From: an uncultured Halobacteriales archaeon
GTDB taxonomy: Archaea > Halobacteriota > Halobacteria > Halobacteriales > Haloarculaceae
Assembly: GCA_964565905.1 (NCBI GenBank)
Contig: CAZMGU010000001.1
Coordinates: forward strand, 5,889-69,888
Length of the DNA stretch: 64,000 nt
Reading direction: 5' to 3'
Shown here: positions 10,446 through 22,672 of the stretch, piece by piece
How positions within the stretch are numbered: the stretch's first letter is position 1
Layout of the letters: the number at the start of each line of letters is the position of its first letter
Translations under genes and position numbers: made by a program
The notes under the pieces: model-generated
The model's input: the letters and a program-made list of their open reading frames with translations, nothing else
Database searches by the model: none
Told to the model about the DNA's origin: nothing

Positions 10446-11112
10446 CGCCGACCTCTCCCGCGACGATGGAGACGCCGCTCGACGCGCCGAGCAACACCGC
10501 CCCGGCGTCGACCAGTTCCCTGGCTCCCTCCAGCGTCTTGATACCGCCGCTGGCCTTGACCTTCACGTCGTCCGGGGCGCGCTCGCGCAGGAAGCGGATC
10601 CGCTCGACGGTCGCCTTCCCGCCCTCGCCCCACCCGGAGGAGTTCTTCACGTAGTCGAAGCCGGCGTCGACGGCGATGTCGACGAGTCTCTCGGCCTCGC
10701 GGTCGTCGAGCGCGCCGAGTTCGAGCATCGCCTTGATCGGCGCGTCGCCGCTCGCCTCGACCAGCAGTTCCATCTCCCGGCGGACGTCGTCCCACCGACC
10801 GGACTTGACGAAGCCGACGTTGGGCATCACGTCGACTTCCTCGGCACCCGCGGCGAGCGCGTCGCGGACCGCCGCTGCCTTCGATATGGGCCGGTCGCCG
10901 CCCATCGGGAAGCCGACGGCGCTGCAGACCTTCACGTCGGTGCCGGCGAGGCGCTCGGCGGCCAGCGGGACCCAGCAGGCCTGGACCATGGCACCGTCGA
11001 AGCCGTGTTCGACGCACTCGTCGCACAGTTCCTCGATGCGGTTCTGGTCCGCGGTCGGTCCGACTTCCGTGTGCTGGATGCGGCTCGCTATCTCCTCTGG
11101 GCTCTCTACCAT
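10432..11112 (-). CDS. deoC: Deoxyribose-phosphate aldolase
   Basis: VGFPMG, GAEEVDV, YVKNSSG, VKASGGIK, LGASSG; probable start MVESPEE at 11112; overlaps rbsK start. Confidence 0.85.
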   Translation of the reverse strand: MVESPEEIASRIQHTEVGPTADQNRIEELCDECVEHGFDGAMVQACWVPLAAERLAGTDVKVCSAVGFPMGGDRPISKAAAVRDALAAGAEEVDVMPNVGFVKSGRWDDVRREMELLVEASGDAPIKAMLELGALDDREAERLVDIAVDAGFDYVKNSSGWGEGGKATVERIRFLRERAPDDVKVKASGGIKTLEGARELVDAGAVLLGASSGVSIVAGEVGDGEY

Positions 11113-11185
11113 GCGTGAATCGTTCACACAGAGGGCCGACGACACGAAAAGGGTGACGGTGATCGCCGACCTCCCGGCGCAGTCG

Positions 11186-12343
11186 TCAGTCGTCGAGTTT
11201 CCGCCGGAGCGCGTACGCGAGGTAGTAGTCCGACCAGATCAGTTCGTTCGCGTCGGCGTAGCCGGAGGGACCGTTGAAACAGCCCTCCACGAGCATCCCC
11301 GGCGGCCGGTCGTCGTCGGGTCCGGTCGGGGTGAGGTAGTCGTCGAGCAGCGAGTCGAGGACGCGGTCGCCGAACGCGACCAGGTCCCGCGTGTCGGCGG
11401 TCGACTCGAGTCCAGTGAGGCCGTAGGCGGTCAGCACGGCGGCGCTCGTGTCCCGCGGGACGTTCGGCGCGTCGGGGTGTTCGAAGTCCCAGAACGGGAC
11501 GAGGTCGTCGGGGACGTGCCGCCGGTAGTAGTCGACGGTCCGTTCGAGCGCGTCGAGGTAGCGGCCCGCGCCGGTCTCCCGGTAGGCACGGGCGAGGCCG
11601 GCGATGCACCAGCCCTGTCCGCGGGCCCAGCAGGTGTCGTCGGCGTAGGCGAGTTCGTTGTACTGGCGGACCATCTCGCCCGTCTCGGGGTCGAACTCGG
11701 CGTGGTGCCAGGTGCTGCCGTCGTCGCGGACGTACCAGTCGAGGTGGCGGTCCGCGTGGGAAATCGCCGTGTCGCGGTACACCGGATCCCCGGTCTCGCG
11801 GTAGGCCCGCCAGAGCACCGGCAGCGAGGTGTATATCGCGTCGACCGCGCCGAGGACGTCCCCCGAGGGCCCCTGGTCGGAGTCCGGGCCGCGGAACTCC
11901 GTCTCGGGCCCCTCTATCTTCAGCGTCCCGAGCGGGATCTGTCGCGCGCGCTGGTCGTAGAACCCGACGCTGGCGTTCGCGCCGCCGAGTCCGATCTCCC
12001 GGTGTTCCTCCTCCCCGGTGACGTCGTAGGCACGGAAGCCGGCGTAGTGGAAGTTCATCCCGCAGAACATCGCCCGCCGGGGCATGTAGTCGACGACGAC
12101 CTCAGTGTGTTCGCGCGCGGCCTCGGCGAACCGCTCGTCGCCGGTGTACTCGTGGGCCAGCCAAAGCAGGTTGACCCAGTGGCCGCCACACCAGTTGCCG
12201 TCCTCGGTCGTCTCCCACGTCCCCGTCTCGGGGTCCGCGACGTAGGGGAACGCCGACCCGGTCTCGTCGAGCGTCCGGCCGACGCGGTCGACGACCAGTT
12301 CGAACGCCGCCGCGTCGGATGGTTGTCCCGACACGGTGATCAC
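11186..12343 (-). CDS. GH88 (unsaturated glucuronyl hydrolase)-like protein, divergent
   Basis: NWCGGHW, VRDDGSTWH, WARGQGW, VPFWDF, RDTSAA, LIWSDYY motifs of the (alpha/alpha)6 GH88 fold. Confidence 0.8.
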   Translation of the reverse strand: MITVSGQPSDAAAFELVVDRVGRTLDETGSAFPYVADPETGTWETTEDGNWCGGHWVNLLWLAHEYTGDERFAEAAREHTEVVVDYMPRRAMFCGMNFHYAGFRAYDVTGEEEHREIGLGGANASVGFYDQRARQIPLGTLKIEGPETEFRGPDSDQGPSGDVLGAVDAIYTSLPVLWRAYRETGDPVYRDTAISHADRHLDWYVRDDGSTWHHAEFDPETGEMVRQYNELAYADDTCWARGQGWCIAGLARAYRETGAGRYLDALERTVDYYRRHVPDDLVPFWDFEHPDAPNVPRDTSAAVLTAYGLTGLESTADTRDLVAFGDRVLDSLLDDYLTPTGPDDDRPPGMLVEGCFNGPSGYADANELIWSDYYLAYALRRKLDD

Positions 12344-13125
12344 AGGCTGTGAGCCGTCCAGCCGCCGTCCACGTACACCTCCTCGCCGTGGACGAACGAG
12401 GCGGCGTCGCTCGCGAGGAACACGGCGAGGTTGCCGACGTCCTCGGGGGTCCCGGCCCGGGGCAGGAGCGTGTGCTCTAGCTGTTCGTTCAGGCTCTCCT
12501 CGGACAGGTAGTCCTGGATGGCCGTCTCGATGAACCCGGGACAGATGGCGTTGACGTTCACCCCGTCCTCACCCAGTTCGACGGCCAGGTCGCGGGTCAG
12601 GTTGACGACGGCGGCCTTCGCGCTGGTGTACGGCGGCCCCGCGCCGCCCTCCTGTGAGTAGACGGACCCGACGTTGAGGATGGCCCCCTCCGACTCCCGC
12701 AGGTGCGGGACGGCGAACTTCGCGCAGTAGAACGCGCCGTCGAGGTCGACGCCGACGACCCGGTCCCACTCCTCGACCGAGAGGGCCTGCGAGTCCCCGG
12801 GGACGTGGACGCCGGCGTTGTTGACGAGCACGTCGACCTCCCCGTACTCGTCGACGACCGCCTCGACCATCGACTCGACGCTGTCGGCGTCGCTGACGTC
12901 GGTGTGGACGTACGTCGCGTCGCCGTCGTACTCCGTCTCGACGAGTTCGTCGGTCGGCGTCGTCTCGTCCGTCTCGTACCGTTCGCCCTGTTTGGGGTCG
13001 CGTTCGACGTCGGCGACGACGACGTTCGCCCCCGCGTCGGCGAACGCCAGGGCGATACCCCGTCCGATACCGCTCGCCCCGCCGGTCACGATCACGGTCC
13101 GTCCCTCGTGTTGCGTGGTGCTCAT
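12340..13125 (-). CDS. SDR oxidoreductase
   Basis: TGGASGIG, NNAG, YTSAK, NAICPG, VDGG; translationally coupled to the GH88 gene. Confidence 0.92.
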   Translation of the reverse strand: MSTTQHEGRTVIVTGGASGIGRGIALAFADAGANVVVADVERDPKQGERYETDETTPTDELVETEYDGDATYVHTDVSDADSVESMVEAVVDEYGEVDVLVNNAGVHVPGDSQALSVEEWDRVVGVDLDGAFYCAKFAVPHLRESEGAILNVGSVYSQEGGAGPPYTSAKAAVVNLTRDLAVELGEDGVNVNAICPGFIETAIQDYLSEESLNEQLEHTLLPRAGTPEDVGNLAVFLASDAASFVHGEEVYVDGGWTAHSL

Positions 13126-13227
13126 TCTTCTCGCCTCTCTCGACCCTTGCTCGCCAGCCGTCTTAACGGTTGACCCGTCAAGGTTTATGCTACTCGTCGA
13201 CGTTTACCACACGAGGACCACCCGATC

Positions 13228-14199
13228 ATGAGCGACGACATCGACGCGACGGAGCTGGCACCGGGCGTCTACCGCGTGGAGACCGTCACGGACGGCAAGC
13301 TCCACGGCTATCACGTGCTCGACGGTGCGAGCGGACCGATACTGGTCGACCCAGGGTACGTCGACGCCCCGACGACGGTGTACGAACCGTTCCTGCGCGA
13401 GCACGGCTGGAACCTGTCGGACGTCGGGTTCGCGATAGTCACCCACGCCGACGCCGACCACTTCGGCGGGACGAGCGAACTCCGCGAGCACAGTCCGACG
13501 GCGACCGTCGCGGCCCACGTCGCGGACGCGCCGCTGGCCGAGAGCACCGACCGCGTCTTCGCCGAGCGCTACCGGATGTTCGAGGCGGACCACGGGGTCG
13601 GCTACGAGCGGGAGACGATCGACTGGCTCGCCGGCATGATGGGGCCCGACGAGGACGTCGACCTGCGACTCAGGGGTGGGGAGACGATTCGGGTCCGCGA
13701 CCGACAGCTCCGGACGCTCCACACGCCCGGCCACACGGCGGGCCACCTCGCGCTCCACGACCCGGAACACGACCTGGTCGTCGGCGCGGACGCCTTCTTC
13801 GGTCGCGGGCTCTCGGACGTCGACGGCGCGTACCTCCAGCCCCCGCCGTACTACCTGCGAACCGAGTACGAGAACACGATCCGGCTCGTCGAGGTGCTCG
13901 ACCCTGCGGTGCTCTCGTTCACCCACTACGAGACGCTCCGGGGCGACGACGTCGGCGAGTTCGTCCGGGAGTCGCTCGACTTCGTGGCCGAGTTCGACGC
14001 GCTCTCCCTCGACGTCGTCGCGGAGCGCGGGCCGGTCACGCTACGCGAGGCCATCGACTTCGTCGTCGACCGGCGCGGGAGCTTCGGCCTCGACCGCGAC
14101 CTGGCCTACCCGCTGACGGCCCACTTCGGCGCTCACGTCGACCGGGGCGACCTGGAGACGACCGAGCGGGACGGTCGCGTCGCCTGGAAACTGCCCTAG
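13228..14199 (+). CDS. MBL-fold metallo-hydrolase
   Basis: LVDPG, THADADHFGG, HTPGHTAGH, C-terminal TH. Confidence 0.88.
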   Translation: MSDDIDATELAPGVYRVETVTDGKLHGYHVLDGASGPILVDPGYVDAPTTVYEPFLREHGWNLSDVGFAIVTHADADHFGGTSELREHSPTATVAAHVADAPLAESTDRVFAERYRMFEADHGVGYERETIDWLAGMMGPDEDVDLRLRGGETIRVRDRQLRTLHTPGHTAGHLALHDPEHDLVVGADAFFGRGLSDVDGAYLQPPPYYLRTEYENTIRLVEVLDPAVLSFTHYETLRGDDVGEFVRESLDFVAEFDALSLDVVAERGPVTLREAIDFVVDRRGSFGLDRDLAYPLTAHFGAHVDRGDLETTERDGRVAWKLP

Positions 14200-14957
14200 T
14201 TGTCCGTCCACTCCGGTTCCCGGTCGTCGAAGAACGCGTCCATCCCCTCGACGACGTCGTCCATGGTGAAGATGAGCGTCAGGGCGTTCACCGCTTCGGC
14301 CTCGTCCTCCAGACGGGAGTTCAGGATGCGCTTGATGAGGCGGGCCGACATCGGCGCCGTCTTCGCGACGTCGGCCGCCCGCTCTGCCACGACGTCGTCG
14401 AGTTCGTCGGGCGCGACCACCTCGTTGACGAGGCCCACGTCCAGCGCCTCCTCCGCGTCGAGTTCCCGGTTGGTGAGCATCAGTTCCCGCGTGTGCTTGA
14501 GGCCGATGAGCTCCGGGAACCGGACCAGCCCGATGCCCGGCACCGCGCCGACGAGCGACTCGGGCAGGCGGAACGACGCCTCGGTGCTCGCCACGGTGAC
14601 GTCCGCGATGGCCGCTATCTCGCAGCCCCCGCCGTGGGCCAGGCCATGTACCTTCGAGATGACGGGCGTCTCGACCCGTTCGATGGTCAGGCCACACGAG
14701 AGGATGTGCCTGGCGTAGGCGCGCGCGTCGCCGGCCGTCTCGAACTCGAAGTCCGAGATGTCGTCGCCCGCGCAGAACGCCTTGCCGTTCCCGGCCAGCA
14801 CGATGACGCGGACGTCGTCGTCCGCGTCGGCCGCCTCCAGCGCGTCGCGTAGCTCCGTCCAGGTCTCGACGGCCAGCGCGTTCAGTCGGTCGGGTCGGTC
14901 GAGCGTGATGGTCGCTACCGGCGGCTGCCGCTCGTAGACGAGGTGCTCCGGGTCCAT
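14196..14957 (-). CDS. Enoyl-CoA hydratase/isomerase (crotonase family)
   Basis: RPDRLNAL, AFCAGDD, GGGCE, FRLPE; probable start MDPEHL at 14957. Confidence 0.9.
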   Translation of the reverse strand: MDPEHLVYERQPPVATITLDRPDRLNALAVETWTELRDALEAADADDDVRVIVLAGNGKAFCAGDDISDFEFETAGDARAYARHILSCGLTIERVETPVISKVHGLAHGGGCEIAAIADVTVASTEASFRLPESLVGAVPGIGLVRFPELIGLKHTRELMLTNRELDAEEALDVGLVNEVVAPDELDDVVAERAADVAKTAPMSARLIKRILNSRLEDEAEAVNALTLIFTMDDVVEGMDAFFDDREPEWTDN

Positions 14958-15057
14958 GTCCCTACGATCGGTCGACCGGGCCATAACTGCATCGGCGTCC
15001 GTCCCGGACACCGGACGCCGAAAGGTACAAGCGGCCCTCTACGGTACTCTCTCACGA

Positions 15058-16707
15058 ATGCCAGTCGGCTACTCGTTGCCAGTCGTCGACTCGGCGACGT
15101 CCTACGAGGACCTCGTCGAGGGGTTCGAGTGGGACGTCCCCGGGTCGTTCAACATCGGCGGAACCGTCCGGAAGTCCGCGGCGTCCGCGCGGTCGGCCAC
15201 CGCGCTCGTCCACGTCGACGAGGACGGGGCCAGCCACGAGTTCACGTACGCGGAACTCGACGACGCCGCGGCGGCGCTCGCCGCCCACCTCGACGCCGCG
15301 GGGCTCGAACCCGGAGACCGGATCGCGATGTGTTTCCCCCAGTCGCCGGAGTTACTCGTCGCACACCTCGCGACGTACCGGCTGGGCTGCGTCGCGGTCC
15401 CCCTGTCGGTCATCCTCGGCGACGACTCCGCGCGGTACTCGCTCGCGCACAGCGGCGCGAGCGCGCTGCTGGTCGACTCGCAGGTGTACGCCGAACTCGA
15501 ACCGGTCGTCGACGACCTGGATCTGTCCCACCGGCTGGTCGTCGACGTCGACGGGGACGGTTACGACGGGCCCGCGCGCCACCTCGGCGGCTACGCCGAC
15601 CACGTGGATTCCGGCGGGGAACACGGCGTCGCGGAGACGTCGGCCGACGACCCGGCCATCATCGTCTACACGTCCGGGACGACGGGGAAACCGAAGGGCG
15701 TCGTCCAGGCCCACCGGTACCTGATCGGGGCCCTGCCGAGCTACCAGTGCTGGTTCCACCTGTTCGGGGAGGACCACCGCGAGCGCGTGTGGACGCCGGC
15801 GGAGTGGTCGTGGGCGGGCGCGCTGTTCGACGCGGTGTTCCCGACGCTCGCGATGGGCGGGACCGTCGTCTCCCGGGCCCGCCGGAGCGGCTTCGACCCG
15901 GAACGGGCGCTCGAACTCGTCGCCGACGTCGGCGTCTCGCGCGCGTTCATGCCGCCCACGGCCCTCTGGCAGATACGCGACGAGTGCGACCCGTCCGCCG
16001 CCGACCTCTCGACGCTGGCCGTCCTGATGTGCGGCGGCGAGAAGCTGTCGGCGTCGCTCCGTCGCTGGGCCGAGCGGGAACTCGACCTCGTCGTCAACGA
16101 GTCCTACGGCCAGACGGAGGCGAACGCGCTGGTCGGCAACTGCCAGGCGCTGTTCGACGCGCGGGACGGGTCGATGGGGAAACCGTACCCCGGTCACGCC
16201 TGTCGCGTCGTCGACGACGACGGCGACCCGGTCGACCAGGGTGCGGTCGGCGAGATGGTCCTCGACCTGCCCGACCCGGTCGTCTTCGAGGGGTACTGGA
16301 ACGACGAGGCGGCGACGGCGGCGTGCTTCGACGACGGCGCCTATCTGACGGGTGACCTCGCCACGGTCGACGGGGACGGCTACCTCGAATTCGCGGGTCG
16401 GTCCGACGACGTCATCGTCACGGCCGGCTACCGCGTCAGTCCGGCCGAGGTGGAGGCGGCGCTCCGCGCGGTCCCGTCGGTCGCCGAGGCGGCCGTCGGC
16501 GGCGTTCCCGACGAGGAGCGCGGCCAGCGGATCCGGGCCTACGTGTTCCCGGACGGCGGCGGCGACCCGGTTTCCGTCGACGAACTTCGCCAGCACGTCC
16601 GGGACAGCCTCGGCCCCCACAAGACGCCCGCCGAGATAGACGTCCGCGAGGAGATTCCGAAGACGCGGAGCGGGAAACTGGACCGCTCGGCGCTGTTCTC
16701 CCGGTGA
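15058..16707 (+). CDS. Acyl-CoA synthetase (AMP-forming)
   Basis: YTSGTTGKPKG, YGQTE, TGD, GRSDD, PKTRSGK; probable start ATG 15058. Confidence 0.93.
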   Translation: MPVGYSLPVVDSATSYEDLVEGFEWDVPGSFNIGGTVRKSAASARSATALVHVDEDGASHEFTYAELDDAAAALAAHLDAAGLEPGDRIAMCFPQSPELLVAHLATYRLGCVAVPLSVILGDDSARYSLAHSGASALLVDSQVYAELEPVVDDLDLSHRLVVDVDGDGYDGPARHLGGYADHVDSGGEHGVAETSADDPAIIVYTSGTTGKPKGVVQAHRYLIGALPSYQCWFHLFGEDHRERVWTPAEWSWAGALFDAVFPTLAMGGTVVSRARRSGFDPERALELVADVGVSRAFMPPTALWQIRDECDPSAADLSTLAVLMCGGEKLSASLRRWAERELDLVVNESYGQTEANALVGNCQALFDARDGSMGKPYPGHACRVVDDDGDPVDQGAVGEMVLDLPDPVVFEGYWNDEAATAACFDDGAYLTGDLATVDGDGYLEFAGRSDDVIVTAGYRVSPAEVEAALRAVPSVAEAAVGGVPDEERGQRIRAYVFPDGGGDPVSVDELRQHVRDSLGPHKTPAEIDVREEIPKTRSGKLDRSALFSR

Positions 16708-17137
16708 CCGAGCCCGTGACGAGTTCGACCTGACCGGCCCGTTCGTGGCCGCGATGCCACGATATTTGGCTTCGCCGAACTTTCGGCCGGGTCGGCCACG
16801 AGTCCGGTCCGACCGGGCCCGGTGACGCTCTCCGGAAGGCACCTGGTAACGAAGGGGTATCGTCCGCGTTGCGGTGAGCAGGCCCCCGATCGGTCCGGAG
16901 GATCAGACGACCGATCCGTTCGTCGAAACCCGCCGTCCCGCGACCGGAATGTTTGGAATGGCGGAACTTCGCCCCGGTCGACGTTCGTGGGATAACAGGA
17001 TTAAATCTGTTATAGGAACGCGTGGTCCGCGAGTTTTCCACCCGCCGCCGTCGGACCGACCGGCCGTCGAACCCCCGTACCGGAGAACGAACTCGCACGC
17101 CCGTCTTCGTTCCGAATCGCCGAACGCCCCGACCGTC

Positions 17138-17908
17138 TCACGGCCGAGGGTACGTCGCCTTCACCTCGATCATCCGCTGGATCTTCGTGATCTGCTCGGG
17201 GAGTTCCTCCCAGTACCGGTCCCCCTCCAGCCGGTTCACCGGCCCCGCCAGCGCCATCGCACCGAGGAGCGACCCGTCCCGCTCGATGGGGACGCCGATT
17301 CCGCGGAGACCGCTGATCCGTTCCTCGTCCTCGAACGCCACCCCCCGCTCGCGGATTTCGGCCAGCTGGTCGAACAGCGTCTCCCTGTTCGTCACCGTGT
17401 TCTCCGTCCAGGACTCCAGCCCGTGGGCGTCGACGACGTCGTGCACGCGTTCGTCGGGGAGTTCGGCGAGGAGCGCCTTCCCGGAGGCCGTACAGTGCAT
17501 CGGGAGTCGGACGCCGAGGTGCGAGTCCATCGGCATCGCGTTCTCCCCGGTCGCCTGGTACAGCCAGGTGCACTGCCCGTTCCACTCCGTGACGAGCGCG
17601 ACCAGTTCGCCGGACTCGTCGGCGAGTTCGTTGGCCCCGTCCCTCCCCGCGACGTACGCGGGATGTCGGTCCCGGACGTATCCGCCCAGGTCGAGACACT
17701 GGAAGCCCACGTGGTAGGTCATCCCCTGCTTCGTCACCAGCCCGCACTGCTGGAGCGTCGCGAGGTAGCTGTGGAGGGTCCCCTTCGACAGGTCGATGTC
17801 GTCCTCGAGTTCCACCAGGCGCGCCCCGTCGCGCTCCTTCAGTGCTTCGAGTACCTCGTTCGCACGGAGGATGGACCGGACCGGATTTCTGGCGTTCGTG
17901 GGCTCCAT
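17138..17908 (-). CDS. IclR-family transcriptional regulator
   Basis: N-terminal HTH LSKGTLHSYLATL, HCTASGKALLA, EDEERISGLRGIGVP; probable start MEPTNA at 17908. Confidence 0.93.
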   Translation of the reverse strand: MEPTNARNPVRSILRANEVLEALKERDGARLVELEDDIDLSKGTLHSYLATLQQCGLVTKQGMTYHVGFQCLDLGGYVRDRHPAYVAGRDGANELADESGELVALVTEWNGQCTWLYQATGENAMPMDSHLGVRLPMHCTASGKALLAELPDERVHDVVDAHGLESWTENTVTNRETLFDQLAEIRERGVAFEDEERISGLRGIGVPIERDGSLLGAMALAGPVNRLEGDRYWEELPEQITKIQRMIEVKATYPRP

Positions 17909-17938
17909 GGCCGACGCTACGTCGGGGCCGGCAATAAC

Positions 17939-17955
17939 GTTTGGTAGTACCAAAC
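17939..17955. promoter_or_regulatory. Perfect palindrome, probable IclR operator between iclR and CoA-transferase
   Basis: GTTTGGTA-G-TACCAAAC (8-bp arms), 31-47 nt upstream of the iclR start, next to a TTATTG element. Confidence 0.7.
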
Positions 17956-18054
17956 AAGGCCCCGGCCGTCGGTGACGCTCTCCGGACGCCCGTCGGCCGC
18001 TTCCACGTCCGAACCACCGGAATCTTTTAGCGCCGACGCCGCTTTGCCCGGACC

Positions 18055-19266
18055 ATGCAATCGCTGGAAGACGTCACTGTCGCGGACTTCACGCAGCTCA
18101 TGGCCGGCGGCTGGGCGACCCAGAAACTCGGCGACATGGGTGCGGACGTGATAAAGATCGAACGTCCGAGTGGCGACGTCCAGCGCGGGATGAGCTATCG
18201 CGGGCGACTCCTCGACGACGAGGGGATCGGTTTCCTCGCGATGAACCGCAACAAGCGCAGCGTCGCGCTCGACCTCAAGACCGACGACGGCCACCGGATC
18301 GCACGGGAGATAGTCGAGGAGGCCGACGTGCTGGTCCACAACTACCGCCCAGGCGTGATGGATCGACTGGACCTCAGCTACGACGACGTCACCGAGTTAA
18401 ACCCGGAGATAGTGTACGTCGAGGTGTCCGGCTACGGGTCCACCGGCCCGTACGCGGAGCGGCCGGGACAGGACCTCATCTACCAGGCGGCGACCGGACT
18501 GACGTCCTACACCGGCCGGGCGGACGACCCGCCGACCCCGGCCGGCACCGTCGTCGTGGACGAACACACCGCGACGCTGGCCGCGATGCACACCCTCCAG
18601 GCGCTGTACCACCGGGAACGGACGGGAGACGGCCAGAAGGTCGAGACGAGCCTCCTCAACGCCGCCGTCGACCTCCAGACCAACGAACTCACCTTCGCGA
18701 TGAACACGGGCGAGGACCTGCCCCGCGGCGAGAAGACCCACGGACACCCCTACCTCTACCCGCCCTACGGCGTCTACGAGACGAGCGACGGCCACGTGGC
18801 CATCGGGATGTCCCCCCTCGAAACCATCGCCGACGCCTTCGACCTGGACTCCCTCGACGGGTACGACACCCAGCGGGCGAAGTTCGAGGACCGCGACGAG
18901 ATACACGACGCCATCGAGTCGTTCACCCGGGAACGCGACTCCGCGACCGTCGTCAACCTGCTCGTCGAGGCCGACGTCCAGGCGAGCGAAGTGAAGCGGC
19001 CGACCGAGGTCGAGTCGAACCCGCAGGTCCAGCACAACGAGATGATCCTCGAGATCGAGCGACGGGACGGCGGGTCGTTCAGGACCACCGGCTTCCCGGC
19101 GTCGCTCTCCGAGGCGGAGCAGTCGGTCACCCACGCGCCGCCGGGGATCGGTCAGGACACGGCGGCCGTCCTCCGGGAACTCGGGTACGACGACGAGGCC
19201 GTGGCCGGGTTCCGCGACCGGGACGGCGTCGCGGTCCGGGACGAGTCGACCGACCGGTCCGGATAG
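18055..19266 (+). CDS. CaiB/BaiF family III CoA-transferase
   Basis: LGDMGADVIKIE, NRNKRSVALDLK, NYRPG, SGYG..GP...RPGQD. Confidence 0.95.
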   Translation: MQSLEDVTVADFTQLMAGGWATQKLGDMGADVIKIERPSGDVQRGMSYRGRLLDDEGIGFLAMNRNKRSVALDLKTDDGHRIAREIVEEADVLVHNYRPGVMDRLDLSYDDVTELNPEIVYVEVSGYGSTGPYAERPGQDLIYQAATGLTSYTGRADDPPTPAGTVVVDEHTATLAAMHTLQALYHRERTGDGQKVETSLLNAAVDLQTNELTFAMNTGEDLPRGEKTHGHPYLYPPYGVYETSDGHVAIGMSPLETIADAFDLDSLDGYDTQRAKFEDRDEIHDAIESFTRERDSATVVNLLVEADVQASEVKRPTEVESNPQVQHNEMILEIERRDGGSFRTTGFPASLSEAEQSVTHAPPGIGQDTAAVLRELGYDDEAVAGFRDRDGVAVRDESTDRSG

Positions 19267-20107
19267 GGGTTTCCGAACCGGGAGACGGAAGTGAGCGATC
19301 CTGGTGTTCAGTAATGTAGAATCGAGTTCGGACGCGGAACCGGGGAGGGAACCGGCGTCTGTGCGCTGGAAGCCGCCTGTCGGCGGGCGTTACGCCATCT
19401 TCGGTTCGACACCGGATCCATATTGTTCACTAAAACCGAACAGCCATCGGTGCCGCACCTTCCGGTGACTCACCGCTACATCGGTGAAAATCCGTCGTCT
19501 CACGCCGAAAACCGGCGAGTAACTTCCGACAAATCCGGCGTCTCCACCGGTGGGGCCCGGGGTTCGTACGCGTGGCACCGTTTCCGGCACCCGTGGTCGA
19601 GTAGGGAACGCTGAAACGGGGACGCCGCCGACGATAATCGTTCACTAGTATTGAATACGAAACCGGGAAGTTCGTGGCTCCCACGGTGAGGGTCCGCGAA
19701 CGCGTCGTCCGCACCGGCGGTGACGGACCGGCCGCTCCTGGACGGGGTCGGACCGGAAAATGTGAGTCGACGAGACGACCGGACGAGTGGAGTCCGTCGC
19801 CGACCCGACTGTGGCGTTCCCGGGGGGTCACGGCCGGGAACGCCGGTCGGGCGCGGAACGTCGGGTGGGGGCAACCCGACTGTGCGAGTGGGCTCCGTCC
19901 GGTCGAATGGGCCTGACAGTGTCGTGAACGACGGAGATACGGTGTGGTTCGCCTTCGAGAGGCCCGTGTGACTGAGCACGCCGGCGACACATAAATCTAA
20001 CTCAAATTCGTGGCACCCCTCCCCCGAAAACCGTCGGACGGCATCGGTCCGCCCGCCTTCACTGCACTCCGATTTGCTCGCGTCTCGCGCCGTTCGTGAC
20101 CGTAGTG

Positions 20108-22360
<2,253 letters not shown>

Positions 22361-22480
22361 GAACGCAGTTCGTGGAACTCCCTGTTAAAGGTCACTCCAG
22401 CGGTCGACGACGCGAGAAGGCGGCCGCGTGGCTGTCCGAACGCGCTGCGCACCGACGACCCCCCGGACGTCCCGCCCGGA

Positions 22481-22582
22481 CTAGTCGGCACCGTGCTGTG
22501 GCACGTACTCGCAGTGGGTGCAGACGACGCTCCCGTTCGTTCGCTGGAGTGACTCCCGGCAGTGGGGACAGCGCGTTTCCAT
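22481..22582 (-). CDS. 33-aa zinc-finger microprotein (two CxxC)
   Basis: METRCPHCRESLQRTNGSVVCTHCEYVPQHGAD*, in an intergenic gap with AT-rich sequence upstream. Confidence 0.7.
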   Translation of the reverse strand: METRCPHCRESLQRTNGSVVCTHCEYVPQHGAD

Positions 22583-22672
22583 CGTACCTAGGACGAATAC
22601 TCGACGATACAAAAGTATGTATACGACGACTGTCGAAATACTCCCCGTTCGTGCCAGGATGTCGCAAGGGTA

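Noticed and set aside
19400-19420. TTCGG-TTCGACA-CCGGA resembling a tRNA T-arm
   Set aside because: No matching acceptor stem, D-arm or anticodon arm could be folded.
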